Shown: positions 27,852 to 37,254 of the stretch, in pieces
Layout of the letters: the number at the start of each line of letters is the position of its first letter
Numbering within the stretch: position 1 is the first letter of the stretch
Assembly (NCBI GenBank): GCA_001314805.1
Contig: LJSY01000020.1
Location: forward strand, 498 to 64,497
Source: Rhodobacteraceae bacterium HLUCCO18
Lineage (GTDB): Bacteria > Pseudomonadota > Alphaproteobacteria > Rhodobacterales > Rhodobacteraceae
Direction: 5' to 3'
DNA length: 64,000 bases
Program-made: the position numbers and the translations under genes
The notes under the pieces: generated by a model
The model's input: the letters and a program-made list of their open reading frames with translations, nothing else
Told to the model about the DNA's origin: nothing
Databases searched by the model: none

Positions 27852-28862
27852 ATGGCCGGCGACAGCATGATCTCCTGCGATATCGACCTCGCTGAGGACG
27901 GTCGGCACACCGGGTTCCTTCGCGTTCCGCATTCAACCCATGTCAGCGCCTATGGCTGGATCGGACTGCCCATCGTCTCGATCCGGAACGGTGGCGGTCC
28001 TGTGATCCTGCTGACCGCCGGGGTTCACGGCGACGAATACGAGGGGCAGGCCGCGCTTGCGACCCTCACGCGGGAGCTCGCGCCGGAGGCGATCCGGGGG
28101 CAGGTCATCCTGCTTCCGATGACCAACGCGCCGGCGGCGCGCGCCGGGCTTCGGACCTCGCCCGTCGATGGCGGGAACCTCAACCGTCTCTTCCCCGGCA
28201 ATCCGCGCGGCACACCCAGCGAGATGATCGCCCATTACCTCGAGACGGTTCTGATCCCGCGCGCCGACGTCATGGTTGACCTGCATTCGGGGGGATCGTC
28301 GCTCTGGTATCCGCCGACGCTCCTGCGCGGAGGGGGCGCCAACGCGGCCGAGGCGGCGCGGCTGCGGCTGCTGCAGGACGCGTTCGACCTGCCCTATGCC
28401 TGGGTCTTCACCGGCGGCGGCGGGCGCGGATCGACCGCGCGCACGGCCATGGGGGCCGCGAACCGGAACGGCGTGACCTGCGTGATGGCCGAGCTTGGCG
28501 GCGGTGGCGTCATCGACAGGGATATCCTCGCGCTCACGCTGCGCGGTCTGCGCCGGGTGCTGCACGCGCTCGGCATGCTCCCGGGCCACACGCCCGACCC
28601 AGCCAATGGCACGAGAGAGCTTCACGCCGAGGGGTCGGTCCATGCCCGGGATGCGGGGCTGTTCGAGCCTCTCGTGGAAATCGGCGAAACGGTGCGCGCC
28701 GGCCAATCGCTGGGCCTCGTGCATGACCGCGACCACCCGGACCGCGCGCCGTCGGACGTGATATCGCCCTTCGCTGGGATCCTGCTGGCGAAACGGGCCA
28801 TGGGCCTCGTGGAGATCGGCGACGCGGTCGGGCAGGTCGCGCGTGACGCCGACCCGCCATGA
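27852..28862 (+). CDS. Succinylglutamate desuccinylase/aspartoacylase (AstE/AspA) family zinc deacylase
   Basis: The ORF track starts at 27828. ATG 27852 is preferred because GGGAAGGGA lies upstream. Motifs GVHGDEYEG, NRLFPG and DLHSGG match this family, which includes N-acetyl-diaminobutyrate deacetylase-like enzymes. Confidence 0.8.
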   Translation: MAGDSMISCDIDLAEDGRHTGFLRVPHSTHVSAYGWIGLPIVSIRNGGGPVILLTAGVHGDEYEGQAALATLTRELAPEAIRGQVILLPMTNAPAARAGLRTSPVDGGNLNRLFPGNPRGTPSEMIAHYLETVLIPRADVMVDLHSGGSSLWYPPTLLRGGGANAAEAARLRLLQDAFDLPYAWVFTGGGGRGSTARTAMGAANRNGVTCVMAELGGGGVIDRDILALTLRGLRRVLHALGMLPGHTPDPANGTRELHAEGSVHARDAGLFEPLVEIGETVRAGQSLGLVHDRDHPDRAPSDVISPFAGILLAKRAMGLVEIGDAVGQVARDADPP

Positions 28863-29779
28863 ACCCGCTTCGCGGCATCGCCCTGAAGGTCGCCTCGGTC
28901 TGCGTGTTCGTCGCCATGGCGAGCCTCGTGAAGGCGACCTCGGACATCGTCCCGCCGGGGCAGGCGGTCTTCTTCCGCTCGTTCTTCGCGGTGCCGGTCA
29001 TCGTGGCGTGGCTTGCGATGCGCCATGAACTGCATGTGGGCCTGAAAACGTCCGATCCGATGGCCCACATCTGGCGCGGCATCGTGGGCACGTCCGCCAT
29101 GGGGCTGATGTTCACGGGCCTCGGCCTGCTGCCCCTGCCCGAGGTCACCGCGATCGGCTACGCCGCACCCATTCTCGTCGTGGTGTTCGCCGCGATGTTC
29201 CTTGGCGAACAGGTGCGCGCCTTCCGCCTGTCCATGGTGGCGCTCGGCATGGCGGGTGTGCTGGTGGTGCTCTCGCCGCGTCTGCAGGTCGATCCGGCCA
29301 CGGTCGGCACGGACGAGACGCTGGGCGCAGTGGTGGTCCTGCTGGCGGCCGTCTGCGCCGCGCTCGCGCAGGTCTTCGTGCGCAAGATGGTGCAGACCGA
29401 AAGCACCGCGGCGATCGTGTTCTACTTTTCGCTCACGGCAAGCGCCCTGTCGCTTCTGACGCTGCCGTGGGGCTGGACGTGGCCGCCTCTCTGGGCGCTC
29501 GGCGCATTGGTTGTCGCGGGTCTGCTGGGCGGTGTCGGACAGATCCTTCTGACCTCATCCTACCGCTTCGCCGATGCCTCGCTGATCGCGCCGTTCGAAT
29601 ATGCCTCGATGCTGCTGGCCATCGGCGTGGGCTATTTCGTGTTCTCCGAAGTGCCCACCGCGACCATGCTGACGGGGGCCGCGATGGTCGTGACCGCCGG
29701 CGTCCTGATCATCTGGAGAGAGCGTCAGCTGGGGCTCGAGCGCGCCCGCCAGCGCAAGGCCGGCCCGGGCCCCCATTAA
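28859..29779 (+). CDS. DMT-superfamily (EamA-like) transporter
   Basis: 306 aa with about ten hydrophobic segments in two EamA-like halves. It has a 4-nt overlap with the upstream deacylase gene. Confidence 0.85.
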   Translation: MNPLRGIALKVASVCVFVAMASLVKATSDIVPPGQAVFFRSFFAVPVIVAWLAMRHELHVGLKTSDPMAHIWRGIVGTSAMGLMFTGLGLLPLPEVTAIGYAAPILVVVFAAMFLGEQVRAFRLSMVALGMAGVLVVLSPRLQVDPATVGTDETLGAVVVLLAAVCAALAQVFVRKMVQTESTAAIVFYFSLTASALSLLTLPWGWTWPPLWALGALVVAGLLGGVGQILLTSSYRFADASLIAPFEYASMLLAIGVGYFVFSEVPTATMLTGAAMVVTAGVLIIWRERQLGLERARQRKAGPGPH

Positions 29780-29794
29780 GCACTCATGAAGCCC

Positions 29795-30304
29795 TCATGC
29801 GCCGGCGCGCGCGCGCCAGTCCGCTTCCACGGCCTGACCTTGCCGCACAACGGCACCCTCGAGCCGCTGGATCACCCGGCGGCGCGCGACCTTGAGCGTC
29901 TGCAACAGGAGGCGCGCCGAAAGCGTGGAGGCCTTGAGTTCCAGCATGACCGAGACCCGTGTGACCGTGGCCGACAACGGCACGAAACTGACTTCGTAGT
30001 GGCAACCCATGCCGCCGATCCGGCTTTCGACCACGAAACGCTCCTCGCGGGAAAGGGCCGCGATGCGTGCCTCGATCGGACGTAGCTTGCCGCGAACCGC
30101 GACGGACCCGCGCCACGCGACGCCCAGCGCCGCCTCCTTCCAGTCGCCGACCCGGACAACCTCCGCATCCCGCGCCCTGATGTCGGCCTCGATCGCGGCG
30201 AAGTCGGTGAACCCGCCCCACACCCAGTCGACCGGCGCCTCGATGTCGTCCGCAACCCTGAACTTCAAACCGGCCACCCCTTGTCCAACCCGGTCTCTTT
30301 TCAC
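29795..30304 (-). CDS. SRPBCC-family protein (polyketide cyclase/dehydrase-like fold)
   Basis: 169 aa. Its GTG start overlaps the nudC stop (GTGA). The pattern FRVADDIEAPVDWVWGGFTDF... is typical of SRPBCC ligand-binding proteins. The family call is by recall only. Confidence 0.65.
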   Translation of the reverse strand: MKRDRVGQGVAGLKFRVADDIEAPVDWVWGGFTDFAAIEADIRARDAEVVRVGDWKEAALGVAWRGSVAVRGKLRPIEARIAALSREERFVVESRIGGMGCHYEVSFVPLSATVTRVSVMLELKASTLSARLLLQTLKVARRRVIQRLEGAVVRQGQAVEADWRARAGA

Positions 30305-31313
30305 TTTGGTGGGGGCAAAGCGGCCTCCGGGTCAAGTCGGTCGGCCAGCCATTCCCTGAGAAGGAAATGCGCGATGGCCCCCTGCCGGGCGCCCGAGATC
30401 TCGGGATGCCGGCCCATGAAGACCTCCAGCATCTCCGATCGGCCAACCCAGCGGGCGTCCTCGAGTTCCGCCGGATCGACGGTGATCGCTGTCGTTTCCG
30501 CGATCCCGTGGCAGCCCAGCATCAGCGACGCCGGAAACGGCCAGGGCTGGCTGGCGAGATAGCGGACGGCGCCGACCCTTACCCCGCTTTCCTCCAGCAC
30601 CTCGCGGCGCACTGCATCCTCCACGGTCTCGCCGGGTTCCACGAAACCGGCGAGGAGGGAATACATCCTCTCGGGCCAGCCGGGAGAGCGGCCCACCAGA
30701 ACCCTGTCGCCGCGGGTGATCAGCATGATGACCACCGGATCGGTGCGCGGGAAATGCCCGGCGCCGCAGGTCTCGCAGCGGCGCTGCCATCCCGCCTGCA
30801 CCGGAGCGCTCGCGCCGCCGCAGCGGGCGCAGTGGCGGTGCGTGGCGTGCCATTGCAACAGGCCCCGCGCCGTCGCCGCCAGTTCCGCGTCCCGGGGCGA
30901 GAGTGCGGCCATGATCCCCCGAAGCTCGGCAAAGCCAGCGCCGCTCCCGGTCTCGGATGGATGCCTCTGCACGCTGCGATCGATGAAGGCGCCAACCTGC
31001 GCCTCGTCCACGTCGTCGGGCACCCAGCCGGACATGTCGGCCGCGAAAAGAAGCCCGCCTCCGGCGTCCCGGCCAAGCAGAACCGGCGCCTCCTCCGCCT
31101 CGGCCAGGACGGGATGGGAAGCGCCGCGAAACGCCAGCGCAACATCGCCCGTCTCCGGAGACCCGGTGATCAGTGGCTTGCCGCGCCAGGCCAGACGGGC
31201 AGAACACCGGCCCCGGCCGCAAGCGCCTCTTGCAGGTGCCGGTCCTTTCCGCGCAAATCCGCCGCACGGTCAAGCGCCGAACCTCCGAACACCACCGTCT
31301 GCGCGCGCTGCAT
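30301..31313 (-). pseudogene. nudC: NADH pyrophosphatase NudC, reading frame broken by a 5-bp tandem duplication
   Basis: The C-terminal ORF 30301..31035 carries the zinc ribbon (CARCGG...CETCG) and the Nudix box (GFVEPGETVEDAVRREVLEESGV). Its frame stays open upstream to ...LAWRGKPLITGSPETGDVALAF without a start codon. A separate 47-aa ORF (ATG 31313, good RBS, MQRAQTVVFGGSALDRAADLRGK...LPVW) stops at 31170. The two frames join exactly if one copy of GCCAG at 31185..31194 is removed. Confidence 0.7.
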
Positions 31314-31520
31314 CTCTCTTCTCTCCCTTGGGTCCCTTGGGTCCCGCCACTGCCGATGACTATGGCGCATTGGCCACAAATTACGACTAGGAGGGTAGTT
31401 TTTTTCGATAATTCCGGAAAATTCGACTTTTGCAGTCGGATTCTCTCGCGTCTTCTTGGGCACAGAAATCGACCGGAACAAATGTCTGTCTGTCGCGAAT
31501 TTGCCAAGGATTTTGGGGCC

Positions 31521-33440
31521 ATGCCTCGGGACGCATCGCTCGTCCACCTGCGTGTGCTTGCGACAGCGGATCTGCACGCGACCCTGATGCCCTTCGATTA
31601 CTACTCCGACAGCGCCGATGATCGGATCGGACTGGTGCGCATCGCGGGGCTCGTGGAGGCGGCCCGGGCCGACACGCCCAACTGCCTACTCTTCGACAAT
31701 GGCGACACCTTTCAGGGCGGCGCCCTCGGCGATCTCGCGGCGCAGCAGGCGGCAAGGGGAAACGGGCCGCATCCCATGATCCTTGCCATGAACGCGCTCG
31801 GCTACGACGCAGCCACGCTGGGCAATCACGACTTCGACTACGGGATCGACCTGCTGCGCGGGATCCTCGCGGATGCCGGGTTTCCCGTGGTGCTCGCCAA
31901 TGCACAGTATCCGGGAAACGGCGAACCCTTCAGGCCGCGTCACGTCCTGCTGGAGCGTGACGTCCAAGACCTCGATGGCGCATGGCATGTCCTCCGGATC
32001 GGGGTGACGGGCACCGTGCCGCCGCAGGTCTCGCGATGGAACAGGTCCATCCTGAACGGCGACCTGATCTTCGGCGACGCGGTCGCGGCCGCGGCGTGCG
32101 AGGCGCAGTCCCTGAAGGCTGCCGGAGCCGATATCGTGGTGGTCCTTACCCATTCCGGCCTCGAGGACTGCGAAACGAACCTTGCGAGTGTCGGGGACGG
32201 GCCGGACATCGGGGAAGAAAACGTTGCACGGACCATCGCCGCCCTCGCGGAGGTGGATGTCGTGATCGCCGGCCACACCCACGAGGTCTTCCCGCCGGAA
32301 GGCGCGTGCGACATCGTCCCGCCGAATGTCTCGATCGTGCAGCCGGGGAGTCTCGGCTCGCATCTGGGCTGCATCGACCTCGCGCTGGTGAAGCAACAGG
32401 ACGGCGCCGCGGATGGCTGGAAGATACTCAAGGCCGAAGCCGAGGCGCTGCGGCTCGACGGCCCGGCACGGGGGGCAGGCGCAAAAGCGCTGCGCGCCTT
32501 CATCCGCGCACGGCCGGGCCTGCGCAGGACGATCGGCGCAAGGCACCGCGCCACGCGCGCCGAAACCGCCCGCCAGATCGGCGTCAGCGCGGTCCCCCTG
32601 CACACGTTCTTCAGCGCCATCGCGCCCTGCGCGGCGACGCAGCTGATGGCCGACGCGCAGCGCGCCGCGGCGCGAGAGGTGCTCGCGGATCACGCGGCTC
32701 TGAGGGATCTGCCGCTGCTCTGCGCGGTGTCGCCCATGCGCAGCGGCGGCCGGTCCGGGCCGGATCAGTTTACCGACATTCCGGCCGGCCCCATCCTGCT
32801 GCGTCACATCTCGGACCTCTATTGCTACCCCAACAGCCTGTCCATCCTGCGCCTGCGGGGACGCGACATCCCGACCTGGCTGGAACGCTCCGCGTCGATA
32901 TTCCTTCGCATCGATCCCGAAGACCCCTCGCCCCAGCCGCTGATCGACCACGATTTCGCCGGATACAATTTCGACCGGCTCGACGGGCTGCTCTACGAGA
33001 TCGACGTGAGCGTTCCGGCGCGCACCGATGCCCACGGGGAACGGCTGTTCGATACGCCCGGCCGCATCCGCAACCTGCGTCACGCGGACGGCCGCCCCGT
33101 CGATCCCGACGAGGACGTGCTGATCGTCACGAACTCCTACCGGGCCTCGGGAGGCGGCAATTTCAGGATATGCGCAGAGAGCGAGACCGTGCTGGCCGTG
33201 ACCACACACGTGCGCGACTGCATCGTGGAGTTCATCCGCTCCCGCAGGGCGCCGATAAGGCCCGAACCCGCTGCGACCTTCACCCTGAGCGGCTTCGGCA
33301 AGGCGCGGCCCGCGTTCGAGACGGGACCGGGCGCGTTGCAGCACCAACGGGAGTTCGACGGTCTGGGGCTCACCTGCCTCGGATACTCTGACCGGGGATT
33401 TCTCCGCCTTGATTACAGGCCACGAAATCCCGGCATCTGA
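31521..33440 (+). CDS. Bifunctional 2',3'-cyclic-nucleotide 2'-phosphodiesterase/3'-nucleotidase-like metallophosphoesterase (5'-nucleotidase family)
   Basis: The track ORF starts at 31173. ATG 31521 (MPRDASLVHLRVLATADLHA...) or ATG 31482 are the candidate starts. It has the calcineurin-like motifs ADLHA, DNGDTFQG and GNHDFD plus a C-terminal 5'-nucleotidase domain. No signal peptide is visible. Confidence 0.8.
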   Translation: MPRDASLVHLRVLATADLHATLMPFDYYSDSADDRIGLVRIAGLVEAARADTPNCLLFDNGDTFQGGALGDLAAQQAARGNGPHPMILAMNALGYDAATLGNHDFDYGIDLLRGILADAGFPVVLANAQYPGNGEPFRPRHVLLERDVQDLDGAWHVLRIGVTGTVPPQVSRWNRSILNGDLIFGDAVAAAACEAQSLKAAGADIVVVLTHSGLEDCETNLASVGDGPDIGEENVARTIAALAEVDVVIAGHTHEVFPPEGACDIVPPNVSIVQPGSLGSHLGCIDLALVKQQDGAADGWKILKAEAEALRLDGPARGAGAKALRAFIRARPGLRRTIGARHRATRAETARQIGVSAVPLHTFFSAIAPCAATQLMADAQRAAAREVLADHAALRDLPLLCAVSPMRSGGRSGPDQFTDIPAGPILLRHISDLYCYPNSLSILRLRGRDIPTWLERSASIFLRIDPEDPSPQPLIDHDFAGYNFDRLDGLLYEIDVSVPARTDAHGERLFDTPGRIRNLRHADGRPVDPDEDVLIVTNSYRASGGGNFRICAESETVLAVTTHVRDCIVEFIRSRRAPIRPEPAATFTLSGFGKARPAFETGPGALQHQREFDGLGLTCLGYSDRGFLRLDYRPRNPGI

Positions 33441-33646
33441 AGATTTGCCCATTTGTTCATCGTTACGCTTGATTTTTAGGCATTTTGCCGCACAAATCGC
33501 CCATATCCGGGTTGTCGCATTGACGCGTCCGGGGCCCCCGGCCTGAGTCGTGGCGGGCTTGAACATGCGCGGGCCTGCGAACCCGGGGCGCTCATTTCTC
33601 GGCACGCAACGCGCCAGGGCGAGCACACAGTCACGAACCGGACCAC

Positions 33647-34672
33647 ATGGAGGTTGCCTTGCTGAACCGAATATTGCCGCCCCTCGCCGCTGCCCTGATC
33701 GCGGCCACGCCGCTCGCCGCACAGGACACCACAATCAACTTCGCCCTCGACTGGCGGTTCGAAGGCCCCTCGGCGCCCTATTTCCTGGCCATCGACAACG
33801 GCCATTTTGCCGCCGAAGGGCTTTCGGTCGAGGTCGCCGCGGGCGAGGGCTCGCTCGACGCCATCCCGAAGGTCGCCTCGGGCGCCTTCCCGCTGGGCTT
33901 TGCCGACATCAACAGCCTCGTCCGTTTTCTCGACCAGAACCCGGGCGCACCCGTCACCGCGGTCATGATGGTCTATGACAGCCCGCCCTTCTCCATCGTC
34001 GGCCGCGTGAGCCAGGGCATCTCGGGCATCGAAGACCTGGAGGGGTCCATCCTCGGCGCGCCGCCGCCCGACGGGGCATGGGCGCAGTTTCCGATCCTCG
34101 CCGCGGTCAACGACATCGACGTGTCCACCATCACCGTGGAACCCGTCGGCTTTCCCACCCGCGAGCCGATGCTGGCCGAGGGCAACGTGGACAGCGTGAC
34201 CGGCTTCAACTTCTCGTCCTACCTGTCGCTGGCGCGCCTGGGCGTTCCCGAGGATGACATCACCACGATCATGTTCTCGGATCATGGCGTGGCCCTCTAT
34301 GGCAACGCGGTGATCGTCAACACCGACTTCGCCGCCGAGAACCCCGAGGTCGTCACCGGCGCCCTGCGCGCCATCGCGCGGGGCACGGCCGACGCCGTCG
34401 CCGACCCCGCCGCCGGTGCCGCCGCGGTGATCGCGCGCAACCCGGCCGGCGACGTGGAGCTTGAAACCCGCCGCCTGCAGATCGCACTCGATGCGAACAT
34501 CCTGACCGATTACGTCATCGAGAACGGCATGGGCAATATCGACCCGGAGCGCATGGCCCTTGCGCTCGAGCAGATGCAGCTCACCTACGAGTTCCAGGGC
34601 GAGATCGACCCTGCGCTCTACTTCACCGATGCCTTCCTGCCCGAGGCCGAGGTGCTGATGATCGCGCCCTGA
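33647..34672 (+). CDS. ABC transporter substrate-binding protein, NMT1/THI5-like (NitT/TauT family)
   Basis: 341 aa with the signal peptide ...ATPLAAQD and the early motif INFALDWRFEGPSAPYFLAIDNGHF, characteristic of NMT1/SsuA-type binding proteins. Confidence 0.85.
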   Translation: MEVALLNRILPPLAAALIAATPLAAQDTTINFALDWRFEGPSAPYFLAIDNGHFAAEGLSVEVAAGEGSLDAIPKVASGAFPLGFADINSLVRFLDQNPGAPVTAVMMVYDSPPFSIVGRVSQGISGIEDLEGSILGAPPPDGAWAQFPILAAVNDIDVSTITVEPVGFPTREPMLAEGNVDSVTGFNFSSYLSLARLGVPEDDITTIMFSDHGVALYGNAVIVNTDFAAENPEVVTGALRAIARGTADAVADPAAGAAAVIARNPAGDVELETRRLQIALDANILTDYVIENGMGNIDPERMALALEQMQLTYEFQGEIDPALYFTDAFLPEAEVLMIAP

Positions 34673-34687
34673 GGGCGCCCTGACATG

Positions 34688-34741
34688 CCCTCCGGGTCGG
34701 TGTCGATCACCGGCCCGGAGGGTTTCCCTGGAATTTCAGGG
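34688..34741 (+). other. Two intercistronic stem-loops between the binding-protein and ATPase genes
   Basis: CCCTCCGGG...CCCGGAGGG (9-bp perfect stem, 34688..34722), followed by CCCTG-gaattt-CAGGG (34726..34741). The first begins 16 nt after the SBP stop. Confidence 0.45.
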
Positions 34742-34857
34742 CAACGACGCAACACCTCCGGGATGACGACAGATCGGTCGGCCTGTTTCCTCAACCATGG
34801 CCTTGCACGGATCCCGGACGTGTCGACGCGCCGATTACCATTCGAAGGCACCGCCGG

Positions 34858-35727
34858 ATGCAGACTGACCCTTCCCATTACATGATCGAACTGCGCGAGG
34901 TGACCCACGCCTACAAGACCAAGGCGGGGCCGCTGCCGGTGCTCGACAATCTCTCGCTCAAGGTCCCCGAGAACAGCTTCTGCGCGGTGGTCGGCCCGTC
35001 GGGCTGCGGCAAGTCCACTCTGACGCGGCTGGTCTCGGGCCTGATGAAGCCGAACGAGGGGCAGGTCTGGCTGCACAACACGCTGGTGACCTCGCCCCGC
35101 CCCACGGTGGGTATGGCGTTCCAGAACCCGGTGCTGCTGGAATGGCGCACCATCCTGCAGAACGTCCTCCTGCCGCTCGAGATCGTGAAATCGCCCATGT
35201 CCAAGGCGCAGGCGACCGAGCGCGCGCATCACCTGCTCGACCTCGTGGGCCTGACCGGTTTCGCCGAAAAGCGGCCCTCGGAACTGTCGGGTGGCATGCG
35301 CCAGCGCGCGAGCCTTTGCCGATCCATCATCCACAAGCCCGACGTCCTGATCCTCGACGAACCCTTCGGCGCGCTCGACGCCTTCACGCGGGAGGACCTG
35401 TGGTGCACCATGCACGACCTGCGCGAACAGGAGCCTTTCACCTGCATGCTGATCACCCATGACCTCAGGGAATCCGTGTTCCTCGCCGACCAGGTGGTCG
35501 TCATGTCCGGGCGCCCCGCGCATGCCCAGTACGTCCTCGACGTCGACATTCCGGGCAAGCGGACGCTCGACGATCTCTATGCGCCCAGATCGGTCGAGAT
35601 GCTGGCCACGCTGCGCCACCAGATCCAGGTCGCGCAGGGCCGCACCGCGGAGGGTGACGACGCACCTTCCCCGCCGCCACCGCCGAAACCGGCCCGCAGC
35701 AAACCGATCCCGGGGGCGATGCAATGA
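34858..35727 (+). CDS. ABC transporter ATP-binding protein (NitT/TauT family)
   Basis: 289 aa with Walker A GPSGCGKST, signature LSGGMRQR and Walker B LILDEPFGALD, plus a Pro-rich C-terminal tail. Confidence 0.9.
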   Translation: MQTDPSHYMIELREVTHAYKTKAGPLPVLDNLSLKVPENSFCAVVGPSGCGKSTLTRLVSGLMKPNEGQVWLHNTLVTSPRPTVGMAFQNPVLLEWRTILQNVLLPLEIVKSPMSKAQATERAHHLLDLVGLTGFAEKRPSELSGGMRQRASLCRSIIHKPDVLILDEPFGALDAFTREDLWCTMHDLREQEPFTCMLITHDLRESVFLADQVVVMSGRPAHAQYVLDVDIPGKRTLDDLYAPRSVEMLATLRHQIQVAQGRTAEGDDAPSPPPPPKPARSKPIPGAMQ

Positions 35728-36491
35728 ATGACACCGCGCGCAAGGTCCTCGCGCCCACGCTCTTCATCGTGGCGATTCTCGCGTTCTGGGAATGGGCGGT
35801 CTGGTACAACGAGTTGCCGGATTTCCGCATGGCGAGCCCGTCGGACCTGATCCCGCGCTACATCCAGTTCTGGGACCTGTTCCTGATAAAGTCCTGGGAA
35901 ACGCTCTGGCGGACAGTGGTGGGGCTGGCGCTGGCCGTGGTGGTCGGCACCCTGTTCGGCATGATCATGGGCTTTTCGCGATTCGCGCGCGAGGGGCTTT
36001 ACCCGATCCTCGTGGGCTTCAACGCCATCCCCAAGGCAACCGTGGTTCCCATCGTGGCACTGATGTTCGTGGGGCAGCACGATTTCAACACGGTGCTGAT
36101 CGCCTTCATGATCTCGTTCTTCCCGATCGCGGTGTCGGTCTCGATCGGGCTGAGCACGCTGGAGCCAGAATACCGCGACATCCTGCGGTCGCTGGGCGCC
36201 AGCCAGGCCACGATCTTCTGGAAGATCGCCCTGCCCAAGACGCTGCCGGAATTCTTCGGGGCGCTGAAGGTCGCGGTGACGCTCGCCTTCATCGGCACGA
36301 ACCTGATGGAGATCGTGTCGCCTCACGGGCGGGGCCTCGGCGACCTGTTCGATTCGGGCCGGATCAGCGCGGATTATCCGTTGATGTTCGCGGTCCTGTT
36401 CGCGCTGGCGGCGCTTGGCATCCTGCTGTTCTACGTCGTGGTGTTCCTCGAACGGATCTTTGCGGGCTGGGCCGAACGCAGCCCGGTCTAG
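35724..36491 (+). CDS. ABC transporter permease (NitT/TauT family)
   Basis: 255 aa with six hydrophobic segments and an EAA-like loop (LRSLGASQATIFWKIALP). It has a 4-nt overlap with the ATPase gene. Confidence 0.9.
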   Translation: MNDTARKVLAPTLFIVAILAFWEWAVWYNELPDFRMASPSDLIPRYIQFWDLFLIKSWETLWRTVVGLALAVVVGTLFGMIMGFSRFAREGLYPILVGFNAIPKATVVPIVALMFVGQHDFNTVLIAFMISFFPIAVSVSIGLSTLEPEYRDILRSLGASQATIFWKIALPKTLPEFFGALKVAVTLAFIGTNLMEIVSPHGRGLGDLFDSGRISADYPLMFAVLFALAALGILLFYVVVFLERIFAGWAERSPV

Positions 36492-36657
36492 GGCGCAGTC
36501 TTCGCAAGGAACGACAGGACGGATATCTCCCGATATCCGCCACCTCGGGATCGCAGGCCAGACAAGAACGCCGGGTGCGGCGGGGCAGGCAGGACGCCCG
36601 GCCCGGTCCGGCATGACACCCGGGCTTGCGACTCCGCACGGTATTTCCTATCTGAGA

Positions 36658-36757
36658 GGTGAGAGGTTGGCGCGGGCAAGCGCCTCGCCAACTTGGTCAG
36701 GTCCGGAAGGAAGCAGCCACAACGAGCCCCGCTTGGGTCGATGTCCAGCCTCTCACC
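36658..36757 (+). ncRNA. ffs: Signal recognition particle RNA (4.5S RNA)
   Basis: Contains GGTCAGGTCCGGAAGGAAGCAGCC, the invariant domain IV motif shared with E. coli 4.5S RNA. The termini pair (GGTGAGAGGTTGG with CCAGCCTCTCACC). It sits directly upstream of dnaX, the conserved ffs-dnaX-ybaB-recR arrangement. The ends are approximate. Confidence 0.85.
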
Positions 36758-36814
36758 CCATCCCTCGCTCGCCGTGACGTCGATGGGTCTTACCATCCGG
36801 ACAAGGTCCAGGCT

Positions 36815-37156
36815 CTAGAGGACTCCGTCCAGGGCGGTCGTTGCGAGATAATTGAAGAAGATGGAAATCAGCACCGCGAGCCCGAAATAGAGCGTTGCGG
36901 CCTCGAGGCTCACGCGCATCACGGGGCGCAGCCGGTGACGTTCCCAATGCCACAGCAAGATGCCCGTGATCGCCGCGAGAATGTGGAACGTGCCGAAGAT
37001 CGTCATCGCCCCGAACCCGATCAGCGCGATCACCCCCTGCACACCGCCCGGCAGCACCAGAGACGCCAGCCAGAACGTCAGCGCGCACAGCGTCATGACC
37101 GAAAAGAACAGCGCCATCAGCGCGACCAGCGCGCGCGGCGGTACATGTTCGCCCAT
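36815..37156 (-). CDS. Hypothetical small membrane protein (3 predicted TM helices)
   Basis: The track ORF is 36815..37216. ATG 37156 (MGEHVPPRALVALMALFF...) is preferred because AAAGGGAGAG lies upstream. The protein is hydrophobic throughout and no family was recognised. Confidence 0.55.
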   Translation of the reverse strand: MGEHVPPRALVALMALFFSVMTLCALTFWLASLVLPGGVQGVIALIGFGAMTIFGTFHILAAITGILLWHWERHRLRPVMRVSLEAATLYFGLAVLISIFFNYLATTALDGVL

Positions 37157-37254
37157 CGCTCTCTCCCTTTTGTGGACCAAGCCCGCGGTCCGGGCCATGG
37201 ACCTCGCCCGCCGCACCCCCTAAACTCGTCCCGTTCCCCCGTGAGGCAACAGCG

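Noticed and set aside
33500-33646. TPP (THI-box) riboswitch upstream of the NMT1/THI5-like binding protein
   Set aside because: CTGAG and TTGAAC elements are present. The diagnostic ACCC...GAACCTGATC...GGNTAATGCC...GCG-AGGGA core is not, so the resemblance is superficial.
31686-33734. 682-aa minus-strand ORF
   Set aside because: It is antisense to the metallophosphoesterase/5'-nucleotidase gene, which carries clear catalytic motifs. It has the composition of a shadow ORF.
36364-36796. Small ORFs 36364..36639, 36415..36777, 36488..36796
   Set aside because: They overlap the SRP RNA gene and its flanks. They have no RBS and no protein-like composition.
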